Source: Moniliella sp. 'wahieum' | Taxonomy: Eukaryota | Assembly (NCBI GenBank): GCA_003971905.1 | Contig: RSEE01000089.1 | Span: 124,001-188,000 of the forward strand | DNA length: 64,000 nucleotides | Direction of reading: 5' to 3' | Part shown: piece by piece, positions 1 through 12,537 of the stretch | Numbering within the stretch: position 1 is the first letter of the stretch | Layout: each line of letters starts with the position of its first letter | Notes under the pieces: model-generated | What the model was told of the DNA's origin: nothing | Seen by the model: the letters and a program-made list of their open reading frames with translations, nothing else | Database searches by the model: none | Program-made: the position numbers and the translations under genes

Positions 1-2782
1 GAGAGGGGGCTTGCATCCAAAACTTCTTCTGCCCATCACTACAGTCGCCCTCTTCTCCTTTGGCTCCGCTATGCATAGTTCGGTGGTAGATACATACCAC
101 CCTCTCCTATTGCTCGCTGTACTCCAACGCAACAAGCTCGGGGGCTGAAGCTCTGAAGCTCTAAAAAGCTTCAAGCTTCAAGGAAAGAAATATGTGTGTT
201 CTGGTACGTATGTGCACCTGTGACATGTCATGCATCACATATGATACACACCATACATCATGCATCATGTGATGAACTTTGTGGTATGTGGGGCATTCGG
301 CAGGAGATCTCTTGGTGTGGTATAGATCGAATTTTCAGTGACTAGTACAGATAACACACTGTCGCCGTCTCGTCCTTATAAACTGGTGCACTTTCTCCCC
401 ACGCTGCAACACCTCCTTTTTCATCTCTCTTGTTGCCACTTTCTCTCGCTTTGCCACATTCTCTGGTTGCCACAGTCTCTTGCCACACGCCCTTACTAGT
501 ACTCTCCCCGGCAATCCCAAACACACATACGCGGAGTCTCCGCTTTTGGGCCCATCAATTAATGCCTCAAGAAAGGCATAGTATATAGATCCGAGCATGT
601 GTCTCCTTCTCGGTTCTGCGATAGAGAGAGCAACCGTCCAGAAGGCACAATCAATATTAGACGCTGTCCACAGGCGAGATGTGGGGTTGAGGCGACCGTA
701 CGCTTGGGGCCTGGGTCTAGAGCACATCTCAGCGCACCAAATTCATCAACCGTTCGGAAGCACGTTCAAAGTACTCAACGCCGACCCAATTGCCTCACAA
801 CCGAAATTCCCCGCATTCTGAATGATTGATGCGTTGTCGAATGTTGATCTGCTTGATTGTTGCCCTCTCTCTAACAGTGTGATCGATGATCAATACATGA
901 TTCCGCAAGAAGCTCTCAGCTAATCAATGGCATAGGACTGCCTCCCAACGTAGTGATAGCGAACGTCACTACAAGTAAAACGGAGGAGGAACGTGCGCAA
1001 TGTATCAATGGAGGACGACCTGTTTCAAAGAGGTGGCCCGCACACCCATGACCAACGGGGGGGTACTTGTGCCACATGGTTGGTCAGCCGGTCAGTTCTT
1101 CAGTTAATATTAATAGCGTACCTACTCAGAAGGGGTTCGTTTCCTCGTAGTATAAGCATAGCAACGCCTGCCGTATTTGCCTATCAACACCACCACTTGT
1201 ATCTCGCACCCGCTTCTTCAGTATACTTGAAACTCCTCTCTGCTTTATGTTATCTGCATCGTAAAGCCCGTTGTCTCGCTGCATTCTGGCGTACTTGCGT
1301 CGCTACAGTACAACTGCACGCCCAATAAACCTCTGTTGCAGACAGTCTGTGTATACAGAGGCCTGTAATAAGCCCGAGGGGGGGCACCAGCCATAACGCA
1401 CCTTCATGTACCATGCATCTCATGTAGAGTTTGGAAGCGATGTGGGAGAGACGGAGGTCTTCTCCTCAGCTGACAAAGGGGTCCACACTCTGCAGTTCGG
1501 CCGCCGGAGACGAGGAGCGCCCAAGTGCGAGCGGAGATGGGCGAGTGGGTAGATCTGCAGCAGCGCAAAAAAAGGGGGCAGGAGAGGCGAGAGGCATTGA
1601 ACGGGGACGTGTGAACATGTGAACGTTGGACATTTGGATATGCATAGGGGCACCGCGGCAGTGAGGGGGACTCGGAAGAGGTGGCAATGGGCCCAGCGAC
1701 AAGGATGCCGAGTTGACGGCCACGCAAGCTTCAAGCGTTAAAAAGGGAGACGTGAGGTGTGACGTATGACGCGAGGGTTCAGCTGAACGCTGAGCGCTGA
1801 GCGCCGGTGAGCCTCAGCGCGCCTCAGGCCTCAGCGCACAGCGCGTCACCCCAATTCCTGAGGTCGGGGCGGGATGTGTTTTAGCAAATGGGTGTGGGCA
1901 ATCATTTTCGTAGGTTTTACCGCAACTAGTTGATTAGGGTCTCATCGTTGGTTCCTGAGTGGTATTTTCCCGAGGGTCAAGCATGCGGGGCGAGCGCCAA
2001 GGGTCGGATCTGTGCGTTAGTACGGTAGTGGTCCGGTTTGCCTTTAGTATATCACAAGAGGACCCCTGGGGTAATGTAATACGGCGCGTCCGTCTGTATT
2101 ATGTTACGTAGGCATATTATGTCTTGGGGGGTGGCCGGTGGGGGGAAGAGATTGCCAAGGTTGGCGGCATACTAGCCTCTCACCAACAGAGCATAGGGGC
2201 CCTCAGCACCACGTTTTGTGCTCGCAGGCGCGCACTGCCTCCTCATTCCTTCCTTTCCTTTTCTCTCTGTTCCAGTACTAGCTTCTTGTCTCCTTACCAC
2301 CCGCACGCTCTTCACTCTACTACCCGTGGTACCCTCGTCTGTTCATGGCTACCGTCCATTCGCTCGATAGCTTGGAGACCGCGCGCCGAATAGAGTGGTC
2401 TGCATTCACGGCGCGCGCAGCAACGCCAACCCCCCACCGTCAAATCCACAACACAATCTCTACGCTGACGCCGCGTCAACATTCAAACCCCCACCGAGTG
2501 GGTTTAGCATGGCGTCTCTCTCGATGCGCTGTGTGGCCCTCCATCCTATAGGCCACTGTGACATCAAGCTACCAAACTTAACAGAGCTGCCGTCTCCTGA
2601 TCACACCCAGAGCGTTTGTAGTGTGGATCAAAGTCTGCAGAGAACTGGCAGGGAGTAACATGACAATGAGACCTGGAGTCTCCTTTCTGGATCGATGCCA
2701 GCCCCATCCAGCCAACCGGTTAGAGAGCGTGTACAGGCACGCATCCAATCAACAGCTATAAGCGTTTGGGCGCATTTGGGCT

Positions 2783-2905
2783 AAGCGCTTGAGCGCATAT
2801 GGCCAAAAAGCGATTGAGCGCATGTGGTCAAAGCCCTTGAGCGCATGTGGTCAAAACCCTTGAGCGCATGTGGCCAAAGCGCTTAACCTCATGTGGCCAA
2901 AGTAT
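2783..2905. repeat. Degenerate ~23-bp minisatellite (about 5 copies of TTGAGCGCATGTGGYCAAAGCCC)
   Basis: Consecutive copies seen directly: gagcgcatatggccaaaaagcgatt / gagcgcatgtggtcaaagccctt / gagcgcatgtggtcaaaaccctt / gagcgcatgtggccaaagcgctt / aacctcatgtggccaaagtatct. Confidence 0.9.
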
Positions 2906-4167
2906 CTAAACGTCTAAAGGATTCACTCATTTCGGGGGGATGTGGTCGGCCTAAGCAAAATATCAATTTTTCATGACCGCCCGTGTGGTGCAATCGCACT
3001 AGTGGTGGTGGTGGTGATGATGGCGGTCTAATCCAACCAACAACGCTTACAGAGGAAGATCAAGAGCCAGTCCACCAGGGCTAGACTGTGGACAACAACA
3101 ACAAGCAAAACAGAAGCGAGAAAAACAACGGAACTGTTTCTAGAATAGGGGCCTGCTGAAGAGGAAGAGGGACTGGAGGCACGTTGGCCAACACAAACGA
3201 GCCAGTGGTGGTGGATAAATATAACAGTACAACCTTGGCCTTCTCCCGTCAATAACGAGGGCAAGAACGGGTCCGACCTGAAGGACACAATGTTGCTGCT
3301 CTCCATCGCCTTCCGTTCGCGCCCACTGGCACCTCTGCTATACGGGGATGAGTGGTAATATATAGTACTTGCCTGCGTTGCTGGTCAAGTGCAGAAGGGA
3401 TGTCTCCCTTTGATTTTAGATGGTACGGTGTGGCGGTGCCCAACGTGTTAATGTTGCGCCGTGGGCTTAACACCAGCAAAACACAATCGGCTGGTGTTGT
3501 TAAAAGTACTAATCAGACCAGACACGAGATATAATGAGCGGTATGGAAGTATCGCGCGCGGAGAGATAAGAGGATGGCGGTGGTGGTCACACGACACGCG
3601 AGAGAAGGACATGAAGGCGAGGCGCGCGCGCACGCATGGGCTGTGCCCGCTGCGCATGCTGCGGCCGCCTGGGGGCAAGCTATGTCTCTACGTTGCACGA
3701 CGCGGGCAGCAATATGGTGCCTGCCGAAAATCCGCGTCTTCCTCCTAAGCAACACGGCTGGCCAAAGTGCCGAGAATGGTGGTCACGTGATTGTTTTCGG
3801 CCGGTGCGCGCAAGAGAACTGGCAATTGTGGTTGCCTCGCAGTCTCCTCGCAGCGCGCACCAGCCAATGTCGTTTCGACAGCAGCAATAACGCCTAACGG
3901 CTGTGGGCCAGGCCTTCTCGTTTCTTCATCGAACCGAGGCGACGGCAGGCAGAGAGGGAAACCATACAGTGAGGAGCTAACCCACGCGTTCTCTGGCTTC
4001 CTTCTCTACGCTCCTACGTTACGCCAGTGCCACCGCCAGTCTCCCACCGGAGGCCGACGGTGGTGGTGGTGGTGGCACCGCCCAGCGGCTAGCGTATATA
4101 TAGGAACACTGCTCCGAGCAAGTGTACTTCCACCCCCATCATCTAACTCCTCCCCCATCCACTCACT

Positions 4168-5188
4168 ATGGCTACCAGTCCCCCCCCACCGCCGCAGCCA
4201 CGCCCAGCCACGCCAGTCTGGTGGTCAACGAGGTCTTCATTGCCGTTTACGCCTTGGTCTTCTTGGGCGCTTTGTTCAACGTGTTCAGACATGGCATTTA
4301 CCGCAAGGTCGGGTTCATTTTCCTGCTTGTCTTTGCGGCTTGTACGTCACCCCCTCTGCCCCCATCCGTGCTTCGTACCAATTCTGACGACCTACTGGTC
4401 TACTTTCTTTCTCACCATTAGGTCGACTGGTCGGAAACATTTTGATGATTGTGGCTCATGGAAACCACTACCACAACAGTGGGATCATCATTGCGGGTTC
4501 GGTTCTGCAAACCTTGGGTACACTTGGATTATCCTTCCGACTTTGATCTTTTACTTGCGCGCGACCGAGCCAGACGCGGCCTGTTCTCAGGAAAGGGCCT
4601 TATCAAAGAACTGGCGGGAGGAATTCTGATTAGCTTGTTCACTGGTCACTTCCACCTCTTGCTCGTCAAGATCCTCCATGCTCTCAACGTACTTGGCCTG
4701 ATCCTGCTCATTGTCGGGTTCACCAGCATGTCCTTCCCCTTACCCACTTGCCCGTCACCGCCCGCGCGGGGGATGTGGTCTTGGCCGTGGTGACGGGCTT
4801 GCTCATTGCGCTGACAGCGTGGCAACTCGTCATGGACCTTCTCGTGAACAGCAACAGTCCATGACGGCACCCCGCCAGAAGGAGCGTACGATGCTGCTCT
4901 GGTTCATTGCAGCTGCCTTGCCCTTCATGGCGGTGCGTGTGGTGTACGTGGCGATCAAGGCGTTTTCCTCCGACCCGATCTCGGGCTCGATCGCGGTACG
5001 AACGGTGCTGGAGTACGTGATGGAGATTGTGGCAGTGAGTGTATTTGGTCATGGGCGTCATGATTGGTGCTGGTACGAGCGATTATCGTGATGATCGCCA
5101 TTTGTACGACCATGACTTGGAGGAACGCGGAGATAGCGTCCAGCTGGTGAAGCATGACACTCATGATGCACCAGGCTACCCCGCTTAA
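4168..5188 (+). CDS. Multi-pass fungal integral membrane protein (RTA1-like/DUF7702-type), at least 1 intron, frameshifted
   Basis: Hydrophobic segments across ORFs 4122, 4449 and 4711: EVFIAVYALVFLGALFNVFRHG..GFIFLLVFAA, LLVKILHALNVLGLILLIVG, LLWFIAAALPFMAVRVVY, VLEYVMEIVAV. Intron gtacgt..ctgac..ttag at ~4342-4420. TATATATA at 4095-4102. Confidence 0.7.
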
Positions 5189-5914
5189 CACATCTTTTCC
5201 GTGATGGGACGACCCACATACTGTACTGCGGTAGGATCATTTCGAGTACGATGAAATGCCACTATTTGAAACAGGACAGTTCCCCCCCCCTTCCCCCTCT
5301 CTTCCCATAGGTCCTTGACTCGGCAATCGCACCTATGTACTCGCTAAGGCGTCTGTTTCATCAGGTATCTTGTCCTCCAGCCATATCGTAAGGGGATACA
5401 CATGAGGTAACAATTGTTGAGTATATCGGTCCACACCTGTGCTGATTATACTCATCAACAATTAACTATCATACTACAGTACGCTGTCTCAGGAAGATGA
5501 CATATGTAATGCACTTGCTAACTGACTTGAGGGGGGAGATTAGGGGATGTGATGGATGATAAACGCATTTTCGGTAATCGAGGTCTGTGGATTGAAGGTA
5601 CATTCACTGGGGGCGCAGCTATTGAGCCTTTTATTAGTATGCCCACTGTCGAGGGGAGTGAGGGTAGTGAACTGAGCATTGCCCCTCGCGGTACACAGAT
5701 AAGGAAAGAGGGCACACTGATTGGGTCCCATAACAGGGAGGCAGAAGCGTCAGCTACTCGCCCAGAGGGCCGCGGCTGGTATTACCGCAGATACGTTATC
5801 GCGGTACGCACTGGGGGGGGAGGAAGAAGGTCCATGAGGAGAAGATGAGAGGAAGATGGAGGGAATCACAATGAGGGGGCGCAAAAGGAAGTTCGGAGAG
5901 GCCCCAGGCCTCTC

Positions 5915-8345
5915 TTAGGCCCAAAGGAACGTGATCCACTTTTTCCACGCTGGCTGTGGGGGATCGGGGGGTTCTGGGTTGTCGACAAATTGGATGAGCC
6001 AAGGCCGGATGGGCACTTCGGAAAGGGGAGTCCAGTCCCATCCGCTCCAGATTACCTGGTACCCAACCAACAGAGCCAGATCAAACAGCGGACACGCATA
6101 TGCAGACACGAGCGTTTCCGCCTTGAAGTGGTGGGGGATGAAAATAGAATAGCCACCGGTAGAAGAAAAAGCACGCACCCAATCAGCCCAAACCAGGCTG
6201 TGTAGGGTTGTCCCCACGTCGCCCATGGTAGCTCGGAACGAGGGATGGATTGGCTGCGCATGCCGTAGTACACTTGCAGACAATTGATGTTGATCACGCC
6301 CCAGGTCCAGAGGATGCCAGACGAGCTAAATGACACGGCCCACTGGAACACTTTTTCTGCCGTCTCTGTAACTGACATGTAGGACATGGCAATCCACATG
6401 CAGATAAACAGTACAGCCACGTACGGAACGCCCCACCGATGTACCCGTAAAAAGATCTCGGGTGCGTTCCCATCTTGAGCGAGGCAAATCAAGCTACGGG
6501 AACCGTTGAGGATCAGCGAGTCAGCCGCGGACCAGGCCGAGATGAGAATGCCGGCGTTAATCACCGACTCCAACGCTTTCCACCCGGCGCGATGGGCGGC
6601 GACAACAAACGGGGATCGAGACGTGATGAGAGGGTCGTTGGACGCAACCACCAACCCAACAAAAAAGCAAATGCTGAGGTAACAACAGAAAATCCGTACA
6701 AACACACGTTTCGTTGCCTTTCTCATGCCTCGCCGGGGGGTGCTGGTCTCGGCCACCAGCAAGGAAATGGCTTCGCAATTGGCATACGAGTAGAGACTGG
6801 CAATCGTTGCGCTCCAGTACCCGGCAAACCGTCCGGCGGATCCACTTACAATGTGTTCCGCCGTGGGCCCTGGGTCGTGCCAAAAGTGGAAACCAAGACG
6901 CGGGCCAGCACCGGCACCGAGGTCAATGCAGAGACACACGATGATGACGCCAATAACCATGATCAGCTTGACTAAGGCAAAGTAGAACTCGGTCTCGGCC
7001 CAGGCTCGTACCACTAGACCAGGTCAGCACATCCATCCATCCATCCATCCATCCATCCATCCATCCAACCACTCATTCCCCCCACGTTAGAAAAAAGTGC
7101 GTACCAAAAATGTTGGTGGCGACAATGGCCAAGCCGAGGATGGTGACAAAGATGGCGGGAGATAGATTGGTCCAGAACTGAATCAGAACGGCACAACTCG
7201 TCACCTCGCCCGCGCAGGCAATCGCATTGTAGATCACGAGGTTCCAGCCTGTTGCAAAGCCCAAACTGGAGGAACTGAATACGGACGAGTGACGGGCATA
7301 AGCACCTGTAACTGGGGCTAGTGTTGTGACCTCCCCCAACGACAACATGGTCGCTGCCACGACCAGACCCGAGGTAAGATAAGCAAGCAAAAGCAAGAGC
7401 GGACCACACCATGAGAGTGTCCTTCCTAGGTTGAGCCATACTCCCACCCCAATCGTCCCTGTCAAAGCGATCATTTGCACACTGCAACCCGAAGAAAGCA
7501 ACGGCCAGAGTCCTAGGTTAGCTACATTTGCAAAATGCATGTCGGAAGGGGGGAAGGGTAGAAGGGACGCAGCACAGAGCAGAGGAGGTAAACGTACTGT
7601 CGTTGTTGGACGCCAGTCCTCAAGCCATCTTCACGGAAGAACTTGTCGCGTGCAGGCGAGTCGACACGGGTAAGGTCGCCATAATCCTTCTTGGGACCCG
7701 CATAGCGGTCCACGGTATCCTCCCAAGCTTGGCCAAGCGGGCTCGGAGCAGAAGAGGGCCCCGCTTCTGGCTGGCCTCGCTCCAGATCAAAGGGGGTCTG
7801 AATGGGACCATGCAGTTTGACTGGCGAGAGCCACGTGTCGCTTTCGGCATTGACAGAGCGTTTGTCCGACTCGGTGTAATTCGGCGGCTCGAGGGTCATC
7901 GATAGAGATTTCATGCGGGACGCGTTGGTCGGGCTGCGCCACAGAGGCGGCTCGGTCTCCTCGTGCTCGGGGATGGTCTCAAACCCGGTGTAGTTCTTTT
8001 CGTACTCATGGGACAGAGGCAGGTGAGGACTTTGGTCCAGCCCACGCGAAAAGGGAGGGGGGACGCCTGGGTTGTACCCATACCCTTCGGTGGTGAAAGC
8101 CAAGGGGGGGAGATGGGCTTGCGACGGATCGGGTTGAGCGAAGTGGGTGGAGGGCGCAAGTTCGGACAGGTCAAGCTCGAGTTGCTCAGGATGGTCCAGG
8201 TGCTCATCCGATGGTCCGAGGGTGGGGTCGTGCAGCGGGCCTTGGAGCACGGCGAGCGGGAAGGCGCCCTGGAAGGGGCGGGCGGGGTGCCAAAGTCAGC
8301 CGCCGTGTCCCGACTGCGGCGGCGGAAGCGGGGCAGGGTGGGCAT
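5915..8345 (-). CDS. Amino-acid permease (APC superfamily, YAT family) with a long low-complexity N-terminus; 2 introns
   Basis: GVQQRH|VQMIALTGTIGVG (spliced), SLGEVTTLAPVTGAY, GFATGWN, AETEFYFALVKL, GFHFWHDPG, SPFVVAA, INAGILISAWSAADS, GVPYVAV. C-terminus WKKWITFLWA*. Introns at ~7597-7482 and ~7103-7015. The start may lie further upstream. Confidence 0.9.
7029..7066. repeat. (ATCC)n microsatellite inside a permease intron
   Basis: About 9 tandem ATCC units just upstream of the minus-strand branch point GCTGAC. Confidence 0.95.
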
Positions 8346-8378
8346 GGGGGCGATGGGAGGGGTGACCTGGCGGCGCCC

Positions 8379-8462
8379 GGTGCGGAAGGTGGTGCGGAAG
8401 GTGGTGCGGAAGGTGGTGCGGAAGGTGGTGCGGAAGGTGGTGCAGAAGGTGGTGCAGAAGGT
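8379..8462. repeat. 12-bp tandem repeat GGTGCRGAAGGT x7
   Basis: Five GGTGCGGAAGGT copies followed by two GGTGCAGAAGGT copies, ~35 bp upstream of the presumed permease ATG. Confidence 0.95.
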
Positions 8463-9315
8463 GGGGGACGAGGTGGTGGGGCGGAGATGCGAGCGGGATG
8501 CACCTCGCAGCGGGCAGCTTGGCGGTGGAGCAGAGCGCAAAACAGGCGCCACCCCCATGGATGGCAGCAGGCGCGGGGGCAGTGGAGATGCGGCTGGTAG
8601 CACTGCGCTGCAGCGGACTGCGGGCTGCGCTGAGCTGCACGGGGACAGCGCCTGCGGTGCAATCCGCGTTGCATGTGGTGCACAGTGCCCCATGCATGTG
8701 CTTGTGCATGTGCTTGTGCTTGTGCATATGCATGCGCCAGGTCCGTCCTGCCGCGGCCTAGTCTGCGCCACGGCACAGCCAGGCTCTGTCCCCCGTGTGT
8801 GTCTGTGCCTGGTCTGGGGCACAGGCAGCACAGGCAGCACGACAGCTAGCGCAGCACGCACCCCCTCCAGTAGCTCGCGTGTGTGACATCTGACCGGTGA
8901 CGCTGCTGGGCGAGGCTTGGCACTGCCCCTGTCCCCTGCCTGGCTCCAATCGGCCATCTGCAATCTTTTAATCAGGCCGCAGCGCACGGCGGCGGGGCAG
9001 TGGCGTAAGCAGGCAAGCCACCCGCCCCGCATGGCCTGCATGCATCATGCATGACAGGCATCACACGACTCTCGACCCAGGCGAACGCATCAGAGTGCCT
9101 TTGATTGTTGTTAGCGCCACACGCGGAGGGTCACCGGTCACCGGTCAGGGCTCCCTTCTTGTGGCAATGCACGAGAGGCGGATGACGCTGACGCAGAGGA
9201 CGACCATGTGGCCATGAGACCATGCGATGATCGAGCGTCTGAGCGGAGACCAGAGGCCAGAGACGCTCGCTCAGGAACTATAGGAACACGTATTTTTGTC
9301 CTCCACCCACACATC

Positions 9316-10021
9316 TTATTGCCGAGCGATGAGAGTAGAAATGCCCAAGTTGGCAGAGCAGGATGCCGCTATATCGGGGAAGACATGGCTAAGCAAGGGA
9401 TTGTTCAGGCAGGGCACCCTTGGTGTGCGGCCAAAGAAGTTGCTCGGTTCAGAAGTTGATGCGCTGCACCCCCCATTGTACAAGTCAAACCGCTGTAGCC
9501 ATCCGTAATACCGCTGTCGGACACAACCCGTCTGAGAAGACTTCAATTGGCCTACACACAATTTTGTATTGGACGTTGACTTGGAAAAGAGAAACGGAGG
9601 ATGATCAGGATCCGAGAAGCTGTTGGGCCACACACAACGCGCCGGTTGACAGCTCCACCAGCCCCGCATGCCTCATTCTGAGAGCCACTGTCGGCGTGGT
9701 GCGCGCCAATCCGATTTTAACTCACATGTCACATAGCTCGTGGAGATGACCGACTAAGTTGTCTTCAGTCATCCGGTTACTCAGTCCCTTTCCCTCATTC
9801 TGTCGGGACCGGGCCTCATTCTGTCGGCGAGCGGCCTCAATATCAGCACATTGGACGGTAATCGGTTGACCAACGTAAACAACGGAGCATCCATCCGTCT
9901 TGTTGGAAGGCTCACAGGTGATAGGTTTCCTAATACAAGGTCCGTTTGGGTCGTAAGCACCTAGGCCCCCTTGACACACAGCTGTATGTGCTACGTCGAA
10001 AATAATATCCTAAACCACATT
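9316..10021 (-). CDS. Possible orphan small secreted Cys-rich protein (frameshifted or spliced)
   Basis: ATG at ~10021 gives MWFRILF and, after a 1-nt shift, DVAHTAVCQGGLGAYDPNGPCIRKPITCEPSNKTDGCSVV..QCAD. A gtgagt donor lies at ~9724. The downstream Cys-containing ORF is 9316-9669. No family recognised. Confidence 0.3.
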
Positions 10022-10165
10022 ATGATGCATGGCACACACGCCAAAAGTCTCCAGCGTTCGACAAAAAACAACGTTGATTTTGATTGAATCAATACCACAC
10101 ACGACGTATCACTTCGCTCAGAACAGTTGCTCTACGCATGGCGGTTCCCCAGGAGCAAGACGTAA

Positions 10166-12191
10166 TTAAAACTTGCGTTTGATGCCCTGCCTTTCTTCTT
10201 CGGCACGGTATTCGAACCTGAGGACAAGAATGTCAGTCTTCCTTCTTGCCATTGCCATCCGCACGAGGTAGAGAGCGGGGGAGGGGGGGAGGGGGACGTA
10301 CATGACCTGAATACCAATGAAGAGTCCGCAATCGTACCAGCAAAGAAGAGCCAGCCGACCAGGATCCCAAAATCTGGTGCCAAAGATACTTGATCCCATC
10401 CATACCAATCACAAAGCCCACCAGGTTGGCCGTCATCATCATCAGCACGTTGCCCACAGCGCCAAAGGCGGCCAAGTGCCGGAACCAAGGATAGCGACCA
10501 TACTTTTTTGCTGGCAGCAGTGACGTGGCTGCCACCTCAGGGATTACAAAGAGCGTCACAAGCCACGCCCAAGTAAGGAGGGTGAGACTGAGGTCGTGCC
10601 AGAGGGCGACAAAGTGAATACCAACAAGGTAGCCAGAACGGAGGCGAGTGGTCCATGATGGTTGCCTCCGACAGGATGTAATGTAGCGCACAACCCATTG
10701 GTTGTAGGAACGGTGCCAGGAACGCCAAAAGCCCAGTGGAGTAATTGTTGGCCATACAGCGAACCATATTTTCCGGTGGATCCACCTGGTCCAGCAGCGC
10801 CCACAGAAAAGAACCGCCAAGGAATCAGTAGCTTGAGCCACACGGTAATTAAGCTCCAAAAGCCAATCATGCTCAGCTGCATGGGTGTCCCCGTGCCACG
10901 CTCGTGCATCCTGATGGCACCCACATACATAAAATGAAGAATGAACTCCATCATCAGGAAGCAGACGATAAACCGCACAATGTATCGCACTTGCACTCCG
11001 AGGCCAATCCGAGGAGGGCGGTGTAGTTGGTGCAGCCAGTCGTTGAATGTCATGATCGGACCGGCGACGAAGAGCGGCGGGTAGAAGATATAGAGAAGGA
11101 AGTTGCCATAGCTGTATTGGTTGAGTTTATGGGCTTGGCTGGCACGCGCACGGGTACTGTCCAACGGACCAGATGCATGGGAGTCACCCACTTCGCCCTT
11201 TTGGACCGCTTGCACGGCCCAGTGGTAGTCGAACAAACGAGACAAGGCGGAGCATGGTGATGTTGTAATTAATCTGCCAGCGAGTGAGGATTCCCGTATG
11301 TCGTTCCTAGGGGATGAGAAACAGTGTTAGAAAAAGAGGTGCATGCTTTAGTGGGGAAGGAGTGGGCGCACCAAAAGAGCAAAGAGTGACCCGTACTGGG
11401 CGAGGGGGATACCATTAAAATAGTGCACCAGGTAGAGGGTCAAGATGTTAAACGTCCATATCACAGTTGGGTAAGAAAGCGGTGGCCAGCCAAGTGCTTG
11501 GCTAGGAGGTAATTGCAGCTACAGCAGGCAGCAATTTCCACACGTTGGTCCCATGCGACACGAGCAGGTACACGGAAGAGAAAAGCGCGAGAAAGACCCT
11601 CCTTCCTGGACGATGGTTGGGAGAAGGAGATGACAGGGCAGCATCGTTGTCCCCCTGGCTGGTGGATGCAAGAGGCGCAAAGCGCCTCTATTACCGCCTG
11701 CCGAGAGTCGGCGCGATACAAACTCGACCAGGAAGGAGAGAGTGAGGTACCCTACGCTGAGCCCCACCAAGACCGGAATTGCGTCGCGAAAGGTACGGTA
11801 TTGAAAGTCGGAATTGTCGCGCTTACGGCCTGCCATCCATCCTGGGACGAGATAATGGGCGTACTCGTGTAGTGCTCGTTGCTCTCTTGGCTCAACTGCA
11901 TGGGCACATACCATGTACGGGAACACAACGGCAAACGCCAGGGCATAAAAGTAGAACTCAGGTGTGCCCCGCGGTGGGGGGGAGACGGTGGCGTGGACGC
12001 GGTAGACACTGCAGATGAAGCTAGGGCTGACGTGGCGTGCTCTGGGTACCTGCGTCGTTGAGGTTGACCGTTAGGCGGACGAGGTTAGCACGGATCCGCG
12101 CAGCACAGTCGGAGGAGTGGGTGAGTCGGCGTGTGGTGGATGCGCCCGAGGGCGGATAGGATGGTGACGCAGCGGAAGAGTGTGCGTCCAT
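10166..12191 (-). CDS. GUP1: MBOAT O-acyltransferase GUP1/HHAT-like (glycerol uptake protein 1), with introns
   Basis: [113 protein letters not shown] (MBOAT His), end [16 protein letters not shown]. Confidence 0.95.
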
Positions 12192-12537
12192 GGGTACGAT
12201 CGTGTGTGTCGCCGCGCCGCCATCCAGGTCGTGGTCCAGGTCGTGGTCCGATCGTCGAGGCGCTGCTGGCCTTTCAGCCCCGCTGTGGGACAGGTGGTGC
12301 AGCGGACCGAATTGCAATGGCGGAACTCGGAGTAGCCTGCGTCCTATCTAGGGAGCCGCTTACCAATATATACACGTTTCCTTTCTATACGCGTGTACAA
12401 GCCAGGCCATGCGATGCCATGGGGGGACGGCCTGGTGGGATCGCAGCCTCGTCTATCTGGTCTGTGTCGGGAAGGGCAAAGCGTGGGAGGCGAAGCTGGC
12501 TCAACCTGAGCGCTCAATATTCAATCAAGACATCTAA

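Noticed and set aside
2783..2905. CRISPR-like array
   Set aside because: Repeats are directly tandem without unique spacers, there are no cas genes, and the context is eukaryotic
7963..8886. Long plus-strand ORF with VVRK repeats
   Set aside because: Antisense shadow of the GC-rich permease 5' region and the 12-bp repeat; no protein family features
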